Positions 34,888 through 46,045 of a stretch of DNA of 64,000 bases are shown here, piece by piece (within the stretch, counting starts at the first letter, position 1; every line of letters starts with the position of its first letter). Origin of the DNA: Candidatus Aldehydirespirator sp. (GTDB lineage Bacteria > Actinomycetota > Acidimicrobiia > Acidimicrobiales > Aldehydirespiratoraceae); NCBI GenBank assembly GCA_965203635.1, contig OZ241903.1, positions 292,232-356,231 on the forward strand, read 5' to 3'. Below the pieces are notes generated by a model that saw only the letters and a program-made list of their open reading frames with translations, did no database searches and had not been told where the DNA came from. A program made the position numbers and the translations under genes.

Positions 34888-35014
34888 GGGCGCCAAGTGT
34901 GCCAGCGCCCGGCCAGAAACGAACCTCGCCGTGCGACGAATTCGCCCGGCTATGCGCACAGTCGCTTGCGGTCACGAGGGCGCACCCGGCTCAACCAGCG
35001 GACAGACTGGGTGA

Positions 35015-35926
35015 ATGAGGGTGCTGCTGCTGGTGAACTCGGCCGCTTCGTCCGTGACCGGACGGCGCCGGGTGGTGATCCAGAAGGCGCTGTCGGCCGA
35101 CCATGAGGTGACCCTGTCCGAGACCGTCCGGCGCGGCCATGCCACGCGACTAGCCCGGTCGGCCGCCTCCGACGGCATCGATGTCGTGGTGGTCCTGGGC
35201 GGGGACGGCACCCTCAACGAGGCCGCCAACGGCCTGGCCGGCACCGACACCGCCCTGGCCGCGCTGCCGGGAGGAAGCACCAACGTGTTCGCCCGCATCA
35301 TCGGTCTGCCCGACGACCCCATCGAGGCCGCCGGCCAGCTCCTCGACGCTCTCGACCGGGGCGCCGTCGCCAGGATCGGGCTCGGGGTCGTTGACGGGCG
35401 GTACTTCCTGTTCCACTGCGGCATCGGGTTCGACGCGGCCGTGGTGGAGCTGGTCGAGAGCCGCGGCCCGCTGAAGCGCTGGGCCGGGCACCCCCTGTTC
35501 GTCTACGCAGCGGTGACCACCTGGCTGCAGCGGGCCAACCGGCGACGTCCTCCCATGCGGGTGCTCGATGCCGACGGCGACGCGCTGGCCGAGGGCCTGT
35601 TGACGATCGTGCTCAACCTCAACCCCTACACCTATCTGGGCAGCCGCAGCTTCGACCTCGTGCCGGGCCTCGGCCTGGACGAGCCCCTGGTCACCGTGAC
35701 CCTTCCCAGCCTCTCGCTGCACCGGATGCTGCCGGTGGCCCTGAAGGCCCTGCGCTCAGGCGACGTGCGAGGCCTGCCCGGAGCGACGGTTCACGAGGGC
35801 CTGAGGGACCTGACCGTGAACGCGGAGCCGCCCGTTCCATACCAGGCCGACGGCGACCACCTCGGCGCTGCGCCCCGCCTGAGGATCCGCTGGGCGCCCG
35901 AAGCCCTGCGGCTGGTCCTGCCCTGA
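35015..35926 (+). CDS. Diacylglycerol/lipid kinase family protein
   Basis: GGDGTLNEAANGL catalytic-domain motif. Confidence 0.85.
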   Translation: MRVLLLVNSAASSVTGRRRVVIQKALSADHEVTLSETVRRGHATRLARSAASDGIDVVVVLGGDGTLNEAANGLAGTDTALAALPGGSTNVFARIIGLPDDPIEAAGQLLDALDRGAVARIGLGVVDGRYFLFHCGIGFDAAVVELVESRGPLKRWAGHPLFVYAAVTTWLQRANRRRPPMRVLDADGDALAEGLLTIVLNLNPYTYLGSRSFDLVPGLGLDEPLVTVTLPSLSLHRMLPVALKALRSGDVRGLPGATVHEGLRDLTVNAEPPVPYQADGDHLGAAPRLRIRWAPEALRLVLP

Positions 35927-35930
35927 GCGC

Positions 35931-36614
35931 TCAGGCTGCGTCGACTAGGGCCCGGGCCACGTCGGGCACATCGGTGATCAGGCCGTCCACGCCCATCGCC
36001 AGCAGTTCCGACATGCGCTCCGGGACGTTGATGGTCCACACATTGACGGACAGTCCGGCGTCGTGGGCCCGGCGCACGAATGCGACGTCGCACATGGCGT
36101 CGAAGGCGTGCACTGCCACCATGCTGTGGGCGCTGGCCCGGGCCACGGCCTGCGCGGGCGCCACGATCCCGCAGATCAGCGCGGTGCGAATGGCCGGATC
36201 GACAGCCCGCACCGCATCCGCCGCGTCGACGTTGAACGACGACACCACCGCGCGCTCCGGGCCGAGATAGGCCGCAATGAGGCCGGCCACGGCGTCGGCC
36301 ACCAGGTTCTCGCTGTCGTAGTCGGGATCGTCGGGCAGGTTCTTGATCTCGAGGTGCACTCCCATGCCCTCGCAGGCCTCCAGGGCCTCGGCCAGGCTGG
36401 GCACGTAGTCGGGCAGTTCGTCGGCGTGGAGGTGGCCGATCCGCCGGCCGTCGGCCAGGTGGGCGTCGTGGTGGACCACGGCCACGCCGTCAGTGGTGCG
36501 GCGCACGTCGAGTTCGACCCAGTCGGCTCCGAATTCTCGGGCCAGCCGGAAGGCTTCCAACGTGTTCTCGGGCGCGGCCTGGCTGGCGCCCCGATGCGCG
36601 ATCACCGCTGCCAC
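35931..36614 (-). CDS. Glycerophosphodiester phosphodiesterase
   Basis: VIAHRGAS..ENTLEAF...VELDV. GTG 36614 was chosen because the ATG 36752 start would overlap the divergent gene. Confidence 0.75.
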   Translation of the reverse strand: MAAVIAHRGASQAAPENTLEAFRLAREFGADWVELDVRRTTDGVAVVHHDAHLADGRRIGHLHADELPDYVPSLAEALEACEGMGVHLEIKNLPDDPDYDSENLVADAVAGLIAAYLGPERAVVSSFNVDAADAVRAVDPAIRTALICGIVAPAQAVARASAHSMVAVHAFDAMCDVAFVRRAHDAGLSVNVWTINVPERMSELLAMGVDGLITDVPDVARALVDAA

Positions 36615-36700
36615 CCCGGCAGTCTCGCACACACTTCCTGCCGGCAGGAATCCGACGGGCGCAGCGGTTGTGCACTGCCTAGGCTCGGCCAGCCCTGCCA

Positions 36701-37807
36701 ATGAAGATGCCTGGTCCCCGACAAGAGTCCGACGCGAGGTGGATTCCGACACTGCGAGCGATCGGCGCGGTCCTGATCGCGCTGGTGATGACTTGGACAG
36801 TCGCGCTCTCGGTCGCCGGCGCGCGTCCGGTGCCCGCCAGTGGCTCCGAGTCTGGTGACCGGTCCGACCTGCCCAAGATCGGTCACTTCGTGCGACCTCA
36901 CTACATGCCGTTCGGTCCTTGCAGCTGGCTGTTCTCCGATTCCTTCATCGACGAGATCGAGGCCGCCCACCCCGGCGCCCGGTTCACGGCGGCCGTCCAT
37001 GACCACCGCACGGGTTGCCGGTACGAGCTCAACGGCGACCTGGAGATCACCACCGCGAGCGTCATCAAGGCCCAGGTCCTGGCGGGCGTGCTGCTGGCCG
37101 CCCAGGAAGCGGGCCGTCAGCTCAGCAAGTCCGAGGCGGCCGACGTCGAGTTGATGATGCACTACAGCCACAACCGCCCGCCCACCTCCAGGCTGTACGT
37201 GCAGCTCGGCGGCGCGGCCGGCATGGAAGCGCTGGACGAGCGCTTCGGGATCGACGGCACGAGCCACACCGCGTCGTACGGCCGGACGCTGTCCACGGCG
37301 GAGGACCGGACGCGGCTCGTGGAGCAGCTTCTCATCGGCGGAGGGCCCCTGAGCGCCGAGTCGGTGCAGACGGCGTGGGAGTGGATGTCCGGCGTGAGCG
37401 CGGCGCAGAGCTGGGGGGTCACCGCCGGCCTCCCGGCCACCTACGAGGCTGCGCTGAAGAACGGCTTCTTCCCGATGTCCGGTGCCGGGTGGCGGCTGGG
37501 CACCACCGGGGTGGTGCGCGACCCGGACGGCGGCTCCTACGCCATGACCGTGATGACGGACAACAACCCGAGCGAGTCGGCCGGCATCGCTCTGGTGGAG
37601 AAGATCGCCCGCCACATCAACGCCGCACTCACCCGCGGCACGCCTGCCGAGCGGACCGCGGACCTGGTGGAGTGCGTCGAGCCGCCCAGGGGATCGTCAT
37701 GGTCCTCGGCCGCCGCGATGCTCGGCGGAGTCGATGCCGTAGAGCTGAGGCGTCTCAACGGCGGCGAACCCGGACCGCTGACCGGTCAGCGAGTCTGCTG
37801 GGCCTAG
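36701..37807 (+). CDS. Secreted serine hydrolase, class A beta-lactamase-related
   Basis: N-terminal TM/signal segment, SxxK motif (TASVIKA) and a beta-lactamase-like layout. Confidence 0.6.
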   Translation: MKMPGPRQESDARWIPTLRAIGAVLIALVMTWTVALSVAGARPVPASGSESGDRSDLPKIGHFVRPHYMPFGPCSWLFSDSFIDEIEAAHPGARFTAAVHDHRTGCRYELNGDLEITTASVIKAQVLAGVLLAAQEAGRQLSKSEAADVELMMHYSHNRPPTSRLYVQLGGAAGMEALDERFGIDGTSHTASYGRTLSTAEDRTRLVEQLLIGGGPLSAESVQTAWEWMSGVSAAQSWGVTAGLPATYEAALKNGFFPMSGAGWRLGTTGVVRDPDGGSYAMTVMTDNNPSESAGIALVEKIARHINAALTRGTPAERTADLVECVEPPRGSSWSSAAAMLGGVDAVELRRLNGGEPGPLTGQRVCWA

Positions 37808-37862
37808 AGCGAGCGCGTAACTTGTGGACGCGGAAGCCTGAACAAGCGCGAGGAGGTCCGCA

Positions 37863-39500
37863 ATGACATTGTCAGCCGCCGAAGGGCCGACCTCGGTGCC
37901 GTTGCTGGAGGAGACGATCCCGCAGAATCTGGCCCGAACGGTTGCCGAGCACCCCGACCGCGACGCGTTGGTGGCGGTGGAGCAGGGTCTGCGTTACACC
38001 TACACCGAGTTCGCCGGTGAGGTCGACCGGGTGGCCCGGGGGCTCATGGGGGTCGGGGTGGACAAGGGCGACCGCGTCGGGATCTGGAGCCCGAACTACG
38101 CCGAGTGGGTGCTGGTGCAGTACGCCACGGCCCGCATCGGCGCGATCCTGGTGACCATCAACCCCGCCTACCGGTCCTCGGAACTCGAGTACGTGCTGAA
38201 CCAGTCACAGATCTCCGTGCTGGTGGCGGTGGAGTCGTTCCTGACCAGCGACTACCGCTCGATGATCACCGAGGTCCGGGAGCGGGTGCCCACCAGCCGG
38301 GTGATCTACCTCCACACCGACGATTGGGACGACCTGCTGGAAGCTGCCGAGGCGGTGTCGCCGGATCAACTGGAGGAGCGCAGCGGGCAACTCGAGCCCG
38401 ATGACGCCATCAACATCCAGTACACCAGCGGCACCACCGGCTTCCCCAAGGGCGCCACGCTGAGCCATCGCAACATCCTGAACAACGGGCTGTTCATCGG
38501 CGAGGCCTGCCAGTACACGGCCGAGGACCGGGTGTGCATCCCGGTGCCGTTCTATCACTGCTTCGGGATGGTGCTGGGCAACCTGGCCTGCACCACCCAC
38601 GGTGCCGCCATGGTGATCCCGGCCGCCGGATTCGACCCCAGGGCAACCCTGCGGGCCGTCGCCGCAGAGCGTTGCACGAGCCTGTACGGGGTGCCGACGA
38701 TGTTCATCGCCGAGCTCGGCGAGCCCGATCTGGCCGACTACGACCTGTCGTCGCTGCGAACCGGGATCATGGCCGGCTCGCCGTGCCCGATCGAGGTCAT
38801 GCGCCAGGTGGTGGACCAGATGAACATGAGCGAGGTCACCATCGCCTACGGCATGACCGAGACCTCACCGGTGTCCACCCAGACGTCCGCCGACGACCCC
38901 CTCGAGAAGCGGGTGACCACGGTGGGGCGGGTCCATGCCCACGTCGAGATCCGCATCGTGGACCCCGCCAACGGCGAGGTGGTGCCCCGCGGCACCAGCG
39001 GCGAGTTCCAGACGAGGGGCTACTCGGTGATGCTGGGCTACTGGAACGACCCCGAGCGCACCGCGGAGGCCATCGACGCCGACGGATGGATGCACACCGG
39101 CGATCTCGCGGTGATGGACGACGAGGGCTACGTGAACATCGTCGGCCGGATCAAGGACATGATCATCCGCGGCGGCGAGAACGTCTACCCCCGCGAAATC
39201 GAGGAGTTCCTCTACACCCACCCCGACATCGTCGACGTGCAGGTCATCGGCGTGCCCGACATCCGCTACGGCGAGGAGATCATGGCCTGGATCCAACTCC
39301 GGGAAGGCTCGGACGCCACCGAGGACGACATCAAGGACTTCTGCCGGGGCACCATCGCCCACTACAAGGTGCCCCGCTACATCAAGCTCACCGACACCTT
39401 CCCGATGACCATCACCGGCAAGATCCAGAAGTTCAAGATGCGCGAGCAGTCCATCGAAGAGCTCCGCCTCGCCGACGCCGCCCAGGTCCAGAGCGCCTAG
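37863..39500 (+). CDS. AMP-dependent acyl-CoA synthetase/ligase
   Basis: [23 protein letters not shown]-binding motif and ...[11 protein letters not shown]-terminus. Confidence 0.9.
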   Translation: MTLSAAEGPTSVPLLEETIPQNLARTVAEHPDRDALVAVEQGLRYTYTEFAGEVDRVARGLMGVGVDKGDRVGIWSPNYAEWVLVQYATARIGAILVTINPAYRSSELEYVLNQSQISVLVAVESFLTSDYRSMITEVRERVPTSRVIYLHTDDWDDLLEAAEAVSPDQLEERSGQLEPDDAINIQYTSGTTGFPKGATLSHRNILNNGLFIGEACQYTAEDRVCIPVPFYHCFGMVLGNLACTTHGAAMVIPAAGFDPRATLRAVAAERCTSLYGVPTMFIAELGEPDLADYDLSSLRTGIMAGSPCPIEVMRQVVDQMNMSEVTIAYGMTETSPVSTQTSADDPLEKRVTTVGRVHAHVEIRIVDPANGEVVPRGTSGEFQTRGYSVMLGYWNDPERTAEAIDADGWMHTGDLAVMDDEGYVNIVGRIKDMIIRGGENVYPREIEEFLYTHPDIVDVQVIGVPDIRYGEEIMAWIQLREGSDATEDDIKDFCRGTIAHYKVPRYIKLTDTFPMTITGKIQKFKMREQSIEELRLADAAQVQSA

Positions 39501-39525
39501 CTGACCGACACGAATCGGCCCCGAA

Positions 39526-40473
39526 TTACGCTCGCCGGTATGGCAGGAGCAGAGCGCTCGGCTGGGTGCGCCGCTTGAAGAGTCCTGACACCGCCACGAT
39601 CGTCAACAGGTATGGCAGGGCGAACATGAGCTGGGGCACGAACGAGTAACCCGCCGCCTGCAAGGACAGTTGCATGGCGTCGGCTGCGCCGAAGATGAGT
39701 GCGGCCCACAGCGCCCGAGCCGGATTCCAGGCACCGAATATCACGATGGCTAGGGCGATGAACCCCTTTCCGGAGATGATCGTGTCGCGGTAGGTGTGGG
39801 CAGCGGTCAGCAGCAGGAATCCGCCTGCGCATCCGGAGAACGCTCCGGAGGCCAGAACGCCCAGATAGCGGAGCTTCGTGACCGAGAGACCCGCAGCATC
39901 AGCCGTCTTCGGATGGTCGCCGACCGCCTGGAGGGCCAGCCCGAGTCGGGTGCGATAGAGCATGACCCACACACCCGCCACCAGCCCGAGGGTGACGTAG
40001 GTGAGCGGCGACTGGGTGAACACGGAGCCCCCGAGTATGGGGATCTTGTGCAGAAGCGGGATCTCGATCGATCGGAAGCCGGACACGGTCAATATGCCGG
40101 GCGAGCTGCCGTAGATGGCGCGGAACGTGTAACTCGCGCCAGCCAGGGCGGCCGCATTGAATACCACCCCGACGACCACCTGGCTCGCCTGCACCGTGAC
40201 GTACATCCAGGCGAGGAAGAGGTTGACGGCCAGACCCACTCCCACTGCCATCATCAGCGCGAACACGGGACTGCCCGTCTCGTTGGCGGCCACGAACGCG
40301 GCCAGCGCGCCGACGAGCATCGTGCCCTCGATGCCGACATTGAGGACTCCGGACACTTCACCGATGGTCTCCCCCAATGCGGCCATCAGCACCGGCGCAG
40401 CAAGACGGATGGCACCCGCCAGCCAGGTGACCACGAACACTTCGGAGAGGAGCGTGTTGTCGAGTATCTCCAC
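39526..40473 (-). CDS. ABC transporter permease (BMP/nucleoside-type)
   Basis: Polytopic membrane protein, last gene of the BMP ABC operon. Confidence 0.85.
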   Translation of the reverse strand: MEILDNTLLSEVFVVTWLAGAIRLAAPVLMAALGETIGEVSGVLNVGIEGTMLVGALAAFVAANETGSPVFALMMAVGVGLAVNLFLAWMYVTVQASQVVVGVVFNAAALAGASYTFRAIYGSSPGILTVSGFRSIEIPLLHKIPILGGSVFTQSPLTYVTLGLVAGVWVMLYRTRLGLALQAVGDHPKTADAAGLSVTKLRYLGVLASGAFSGCAGGFLLLTAAHTYRDTIISGKGFIALAIVIFGAWNPARALWAALIFGAADAMQLSLQAAGYSFVPQLMFALPYLLTIVAVSGLFKRRTQPSALLLPYRRA

Positions 40474-41616
40474 TCACACCCCCGGTTCGTCGTGGCCAGA
40501 ACCGGTTGTGCCTCGCCCCAACACGGCCCGCAGATTGATCTTGTAGTAGCGGAGCGGGCCGCTGGCGAGGATGGCCAGAACGATCAGTCCTTGGATCACC
40601 TGCGCCATCGAGGCCGGGATCCCCGTCCGGCGCTGCATGACCTGAGCTCCGATGGACAGGCCACCCAGCAGAAACGAGGACACAGCCGTTCCGATCGGCG
40701 TCAAGCCTCCCAGCAGCGCGGCGACGATGCCCTCGAATCCCGTGGTCGTGTCGAGGCCGTCGAGCAGGCGGTACTGGACGCCCAGCACTTGGGACCATCC
40801 CGCGAAGCCGGCAAGAGCTCCGCCGAGCACGGAGGCCTGAATTGTTCGCTTGGCGATGTCTATCCCGCCGTAGTGGGCCGCCCTGGGGTTGTGTCCTATG
40901 GCGCTCAGGTCGTACCCGAGGGCCGTCAGGTGGAAGACCCCGGCGATGACGGCGACCAGCAGCACCGCGACTATCACTCCGAAGTGGAGGTTGTTCGACT
41001 GGCCGAGGAGCAGCGGCAAATGTGCAGACTCGTCGAATCTCTCCGTCTGTGGAAGAGCGCCCGCGGCCCGCATGGGTCCGCTGACCAGGTAGTTCAGCAG
41101 GAACGCGGCAACGAAGTTCATCATCAGCGACAGCAGCACCTCGTTGCCGTCGTGGCGGGCCTTGAGATAGCCCACGATCCCGCTCCAGACGCCCGCCGTT
41201 GCCGCTGCGGCGGCCAGCGTCAGCGGGATCAACAGAGCGGTCGGTGCCCAGTCCAGCGGCCGCCCGTCAGCGGCTGCGAGGGCGACAAGGGCCGCTCCGG
41301 TAGCCCCGATCAGCAGACACCCCTGGAAACCGAGGAAGAAGAAGCCGGCCCGCCAGGTGACGATCGTGCCCAGGCCGATGAAGATCAGCGGTGCCGCCCG
41401 CACAAGCGTGTCGCCCAGCCCGCGGCTGGTGCCGAATCCCTCCCGGAACAGCGTCGAGTACCCATCGAGTGGTGCGCTGTCGAACGGAATGAACAGCAGC
41501 CCTCCGAGCAGCAGCCCGGTGGTCATGGCGGCCAGCGCGATGGCGATCCCGAATGCCGGTCCGCCGATCGGAGCCAGCCGGCGCTCGAGCAGGGGCGGAG
41601 CGCCGTGCCAGCTCAT
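40474..41616 (-). CDS. ABC transporter permease (BMP/nucleoside-type)
   Basis: ATG 41616 overlaps the ATPase stop (ATGA). Polytopic membrane protein. Confidence 0.85.
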   Translation of the reverse strand: MSWHGAPPLLERRLAPIGGPAFGIAIALAAMTTGLLLGGLLFIPFDSAPLDGYSTLFREGFGTSRGLGDTLVRAAPLIFIGLGTIVTWRAGFFFLGFQGCLLIGATGAALVALAAADGRPLDWAPTALLIPLTLAAAAATAGVWSGIVGYLKARHDGNEVLLSLMMNFVAAFLLNYLVSGPMRAAGALPQTERFDESAHLPLLLGQSNNLHFGVIVAVLLVAVIAGVFHLTALGYDLSAIGHNPRAAHYGGIDIAKRTIQASVLGGALAGFAGWSQVLGVQYRLLDGLDTTTGFEGIVAALLGGLTPIGTAVSSFLLGGLSIGAQVMQRRTGIPASMAQVIQGLIVLAILASGPLRYYKINLRAVLGRGTTGSGHDEPGV

Positions 41617-43127
41617 GACTCCACACCGGCCATCAGGAGTCCGAGATCGCGGACGTCGACGTCGACATTGGGGACGACCGCGATCAGGCGGCCGTCGAAC
41701 ATGACGCCGATGCGGTCCGAGAGCTCCAGCAACTCGTCGAGGTCGACCGAGATCAGCAGCACTCCGATCCCGGCGTCGCGGCAGTCGAGGAGCGTCTGGC
41801 GCACCCGTGCGGTGGCCTTGACGTCGAGTCCCCTGGTCGGCTGCTCGGCGACTAGCAGCCGCGCGCCGCCCTCGAGTTCTCTGGCGAGGATCATCTTCTG
41901 AAGGTTGCCGCCCGACAGGTTGCCGGCAGGAAAGTCGGTGGACGGCGTGAGCACCTCGTATCGATCGACGAGCTCGTCGGCTGTTGCGGATGCGTCGCGT
42001 CGCTGCATGAACCCGTGCCGGCTGAACCGGCCGCACGATCCGAGGATCATGTTCTCCGTGATCGACAGCGCCTCAATCGAGCCGACGCCTCGCCGGTCTG
42101 CCGGCACGTAGCGCACACCGGCGTGGCGTCGCATCGACACCGAATGGCGGTCGATCGCGATCCCATCAAGTTCAATGTGGCCGCTCGCCTGCCGTCGGAG
42201 CCCGACAATGACCTCGGCGAGCTCGCTCTGCCCGTTGCCGTTGACGCCCGCGATGCCGAAGATCTCCCCCTTGCGGACCTCCAGGGACACGTCGGTGAGC
42301 CGGGCGACCCCCGTGGCGTCGGTGAGGCCGACATCGACCACCCGCACGGCCGGGTTGTCCTCATCGGGCACACTCCGATCGCTCCGCAGTTGCTCCGGCA
42401 CGCTCTCGCCCACCATCAACTCGGCCAGCTCCGCTGCCGTCGTGGACGAAGTCCGCTTGGTGGCAACGTTCTGCCCGGCGCGCATCACGGTGACGTCGTC
42501 GGTATGGGTGAGCACTTCCTTGAGCTTGTGGGTAATGAGGACGATGCTCTCTCCGTGATCGCGCAGGCGGCCGATCACCTCGAACAGACCGGCGGCTTCG
42601 ACCGGGCCCAGCACTGAGGTCGGCTCGTCGAGGATCAGCAGGCGAGCCTCGCGGAACAGCAGTTTGAGGATCTCGACACGCTGCTGCTCCCCGACCGAGA
42701 GATGAGCCACGCGTGAGTCCGGGTCGACTCCCAGCCCGTACTCACTCGACAGGTCTCTCAGTTGCTGCCGCGCCTCCTCGCGGTCGAGAGCGCCGAACGG
42801 GCCCGCCCCAGGCCCGGACCTCACACCGACCAGGACATTGTCGAGAACGGTCATCCTCGGGATCAGCAGGAAGTCCTGATGGACCATCCCGATGCCGAGT
42901 GCGATGGCGTCGGAGGGTCTGCGGATCTCGACGAGCGTGCCGTCGATGTGGATCATCCCGGCGTCGCGCTGCAAGAGACCGTAGAGGACGTTCATCAGCG
43001 TGCTCTTGCCGGCCCCGTTCTCGCCGAGGAGGGCATGCACCATCCCGGTCTCGACGGTGAAGTCGACGGAGTTGTTGGCGACCACGCCGGGAAAGGTCTT
43101 CGTGATGCCTCGAAGCTCCACCCTCAT
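41613..43127 (-). CDS. ABC transporter ATP-binding protein (tandem NBDs)
   Basis: Two Walker A sites (GENGAGKST, GVNGNGQSE) and two LSGG-type signatures. Confidence 0.92.
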   Translation of the reverse strand: MRVELRGITKTFPGVVANNSVDFTVETGMVHALLGENGAGKSTLMNVLYGLLQRDAGMIHIDGTLVEIRRPSDAIALGIGMVHQDFLLIPRMTVLDNVLVGVRSGPGAGPFGALDREEARQQLRDLSSEYGLGVDPDSRVAHLSVGEQQRVEILKLLFREARLLILDEPTSVLGPVEAAGLFEVIGRLRDHGESIVLITHKLKEVLTHTDDVTVMRAGQNVATKRTSSTTAAELAELMVGESVPEQLRSDRSVPDEDNPAVRVVDVGLTDATGVARLTDVSLEVRKGEIFGIAGVNGNGQSELAEVIVGLRRQASGHIELDGIAIDRHSVSMRRHAGVRYVPADRRGVGSIEALSITENMILGSCGRFSRHGFMQRRDASATADELVDRYEVLTPSTDFPAGNLSGGNLQKMILARELEGGARLLVAEQPTRGLDVKATARVRQTLLDCRDAGIGVLLISVDLDELLELSDRIGVMFDGRLIAVVPNVDVDVRDLGLLMAGVES

Positions 43128-43194
43128 CCCGGCAGTGCCCTTCCTCGCTTGATCGTCTCCGCCGGACCGTATTCGACCACACGCGGCGAGCTAG

Positions 43195-43232
43195 GCACGG
43201 CAAGCCGTTGGAGAGCCGACGGCTTGCCGTGC
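43195..43232 (-). other. 14-bp perfect stem-loop between the binding-protein gene and the ATPase gene
   Basis: gcacggcaagccgt-tggagagccg-acggcttgccgtgc. Likely an intra-operon mRNA-stabilising or attenuating hairpin. Confidence 0.45.
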
Positions 43233-43249
43233 TCGCTCGGCCCTCTTGC

Positions 43250-44269
43250 TCAGTGGGTGGGGACGGAGATCGCGCCCGAGTTGACCTGCTCGAAGACGCT
43301 CTCGAACTGGCTCCAGACGTCGGCGGACACGCGGTCCGGGTTGTAGTCGTCGCCACCGAACGTGAAGGTCCACATGAACTCGGTCGAAGGAGCCCACTCC
43401 ACTCCTGCGGGGTAGTCGGCTCCGCCGACGTTCTGGCCGAGGAACTGGACCATGTCGGCCAGCTCCATCCTGAAGCTGGTGAGCATCAGGTCAGGGGCCG
43501 TCTGCGTCTGGTCCTGGTAGAACCCGATGACTTCCACGCCCTGCTCTGTGGCCCCTTCGATGGCACCGAGCCCGGTCGTATCGGCGATATGGAGGATCAC
43601 GTCTGCTCCCTGGCCGATCATGGCTGTCGCGGCCTCACGTCCGAGCTGTGGGTCGTCGTAACTCCCGGTCAGGACGTCCAGGGCCTCGACCCCGTCGACC
43701 GTCTCGGTCGCTCCCGCCTTGAAGGCAAGGAGCATGGTCCGCTGCGTCGGGTTGTCCCCGCCGCCGACGATTCCGACCACGCCGGACTCCGACTGCAGCG
43801 CGGCCAGCGCACCGGCTGCGTAGGAGATGGTGTAGTACTGGGCGTCGATGAACGTGAGGTTCGACGTCAGCGGGACATCCGGATCGGGTATGAACGTGGT
43901 CGCGAAGAAGTTGGTGTCCGGATACTCGGGAGCCATCTCCGAGACCGTCGTACCGAACTCGAAGCCGTGCCCGATGATGAGGTCGTACCCGTCGAGCGCG
44001 TAGCCCTCGACTGTTGACGGGATGTCGGCCTGGGCCACGTCCTCCGTGAACGCCGTGTCGAAGCCTTGACTCGTGAGAGCGTCCAGCCCTTCGTAGGCGC
44101 CCTGGTTCCAGCCGCCGTCGTTAATGGACCCCGACATCACCAGGGCGATGCGGGCGGGCCCTGCATCCTCCGCGGCTGCGGGCTCATCCGCGTCGCCTGA
44201 GCAACCGGCAGCCACCAGCGCCAGCGCCAACAGCGCCCCGGCCAGGAGCGGCAGTCGTTTCTTGATCAT
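43250..44269 (-). CDS. BMP-family (PnrA-like) ABC substrate-binding lipoprotein
   Basis: ATG 44269 follows AAGGGGGGA. Lipobox LVAAGCSG and BMP-family sequence. Confidence 0.88.
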   Translation of the reverse strand: MIKKRLPLLAGALLALALVAAGCSGDADEPAAAEDAGPARIALVMSGSINDGGWNQGAYEGLDALTSQGFDTAFTEDVAQADIPSTVEGYALDGYDLIIGHGFEFGTTVSEMAPEYPDTNFFATTFIPDPDVPLTSNLTFIDAQYYTISYAAGALAALQSESGVVGIVGGGDNPTQRTMLLAFKAGATETVDGVEALDVLTGSYDDPQLGREAATAMIGQGADVILHIADTTGLGAIEGATEQGVEVIGFYQDQTQTAPDLMLTSFRMELADMVQFLGQNVGGADYPAGVEWAPSTEFMWTFTFGGDDYNPDRVSADVWSQFESVFEQVNSGAISVPTH

Positions 44270-44351
44270 TGGTCCCCCCTTGTAGAAGACGTTGGTCTTC
44301 GGGCCGCTCTTTGCACGGCCCATCGCGGGGAGCGCACTTTGCGCTCCGCGA

Positions 44352-45122
44352 TCATGCGATCTCATGAGCTTCCTCCAACTGGGCGCGCAGGTCGCCGAGG
44401 AACGGGATCCCCGCTAGCTGGTCGGGCTGAACGGACGGCCAGTCGACGCCGCCCGGTCGCGGGTAGCGCGTTCGAGTCTCGATCACCTCATCCGGCGTGA
44501 CGATCCAGTCGAGCGGCGTGTCGTGTTGGACCATGGCCACTCGCCCGTCGTCAACGACTTGCGAGCCGTGCACGGTGGTGACAATCGGCGTGCCGGGCTG
44601 GACCAGGCCGACGTCGCGGAATATCCCGAGCTCCAGGTCGGCGAACCCCCCGCCCTTGCCTGTCCGGCCCCCCGCCCGGGTAACTGCGACACAGCCGACG
44701 ACGACAATGTCGAACGGCTCCATTTCTTCGAACTCGACCGGAACGCCGATCTCGACGGCGCCCTCGGAGAACATCACGTTCTCGAACGAGATCCGCCGGG
44801 ACCGGAGGTCCGCAGGGTCCAGACGCACGAATGGGAACGACTCCGTGAGCTCCGGGACCGGCGCATAGAGGGTCTTGCCGTCCTGAAGCGCTCGAAGGCG
44901 GACGTGCGCCTGCGCGGGATCTGGATTCGACTTGACGACCGATGCCCGCTTCCAGATGTCTAGCGTCGCCAGCCGACCGGCCGCTTCGTGGGCTCGCACG
45001 AAGTTCGGGATCCTGCTACGGACGGCTCCGACTCCAGTGGAGGCGCTTTCGAGCGCGGACCAGACCTCGCGCCTGAGGTCGTCCTTGACCTCATTCCGAC
45101 CGGCCCATCGAGCATCGGCCAT
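44352..45122 (-). CDS. 5-formyltetrahydrofolate cyclo-ligase family protein
   Basis: ATG 45122. ...GRTGKGGGFADLELG... resembles the 5-FCL-family nucleotide-binding region. Confidence 0.6.
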   Translation of the reverse strand: MADARWAGRNEVKDDLRREVWSALESASTGVGAVRSRIPNFVRAHEAAGRLATLDIWKRASVVKSNPDPAQAHVRLRALQDGKTLYAPVPELTESFPFVRLDPADLRSRRISFENVMFSEGAVEIGVPVEFEEMEPFDIVVVGCVAVTRAGGRTGKGGGFADLELGIFRDVGLVQPGTPIVTTVHGSQVVDDGRVAMVQHDTPLDWIVTPDEVIETRTRYPRPGGVDWPSVQPDQLAGIPFLGDLRAQLEEAHEIA

Positions 45123-45192
45123 GTGCTTCCGTTCCCCCAAACGTCCGCAGCGGTTGTCAACCAACCGTACGCCTCGCGGGTCGGTGTGTCAA

Positions 45193-45209
45193 CACTTGTC
45201 TGACAAGTG
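45193..45209. promoter_or_regulatory. Perfect palindrome CACTTGTC-T-GACAAGTG, candidate GntR operator
   Basis: 8-bp arms in the divergent intergenic region between 44352-45122 (-) and the GntR gene (+). Confidence 0.5.
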
Positions 45210-45231
45210 CGGCCGGAGTAGTTTTCGTGGC

Positions 45232-45996
45232 GTGGGGCGGGCACACCAGAAGGAGCGGCCTCCTCCCCTCGAGGACCGTGTCCTGTCGCTGTGGCGCGAC
45301 AGCACCGACGACGAGGACTCGGCCACCCTGGGCGGCGAGATCGGCATCGCCGAGCAACTCGGGGTTGCCAGGCCGGCACTGCGCGAGGCGATCGCCAAGC
45401 TCGAGGCCATGGGGGTGGTCTACCGGCGGCAGGGCGCGGCGACCGTCATCAATCGCGACGCTCTACAACTCGCCGGGCGATTCGACGAGCAGGGCGAGTT
45501 CAGCGATGTGATCGAGGCGTCCGGTGCTCGTCCCTCGCTCCATCTCGAAGGCTGCGAGCACATCGAACTGACGGGCACTGACGCCAGCGTCTTCGAGGTC
45601 CCGGAGGGCACGTCGGCCATCAAGGTCACCAAGCGGTGGGACGCTGATGCGAACCCGGCTCGGGCGGCGATCGACACTCTTCCCCTGCACCCCGACACCA
45701 GCACCGAGATCGACCCGTCAGAGTCGATCCTCATCCTGGCCGAAAGGGTCCGCGGCGAGCCCGTCACGTGGGAGCTCGCACTGCCCACGGCAGTGCCCGC
45801 CGACGATGAGATCGCCAGGGTCTTGAACCTGAGCGCCGGTGCGCCCTTGCTGCTGCTCGAGACCATCGGGTTGTCGGCCAAGGGCCGGCGCTTGTATCGC
45901 TCACACGACTACCACGTCCCAGGAGCGGTGCCCCAGGGCCTCATCCGCAACGTTCGCCCCGAGGCGACCCATCAGCGGACGCAGTCCGGCCGCTGA
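45232..45996 (+). CDS. GntR-family (HutC/UTRA-type) transcriptional regulator
   Basis: wHTH IAEQLGVARPALREAIAKLEAMGVVYRRQG plus a UTRA-like C-terminus. The start (GTG 45232) is uncertain. Confidence 0.7.
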   Translation: MGRAHQKERPPPLEDRVLSLWRDSTDDEDSATLGGEIGIAEQLGVARPALREAIAKLEAMGVVYRRQGAATVINRDALQLAGRFDEQGEFSDVIEASGARPSLHLEGCEHIELTGTDASVFEVPEGTSAIKVTKRWDADANPARAAIDTLPLHPDTSTEIDPSESILILAERVRGEPVTWELALPTAVPADDEIARVLNLSAGAPLLLLETIGLSAKGRRLYRSHDYHVPGAVPQGLIRNVRPEATHQRTQSGR

Positions 45997-46045
45997 ACGG
46001 GGCACGGATCGATGGCCCATCCGGCTCCGAGGGCGGGCTGACCAC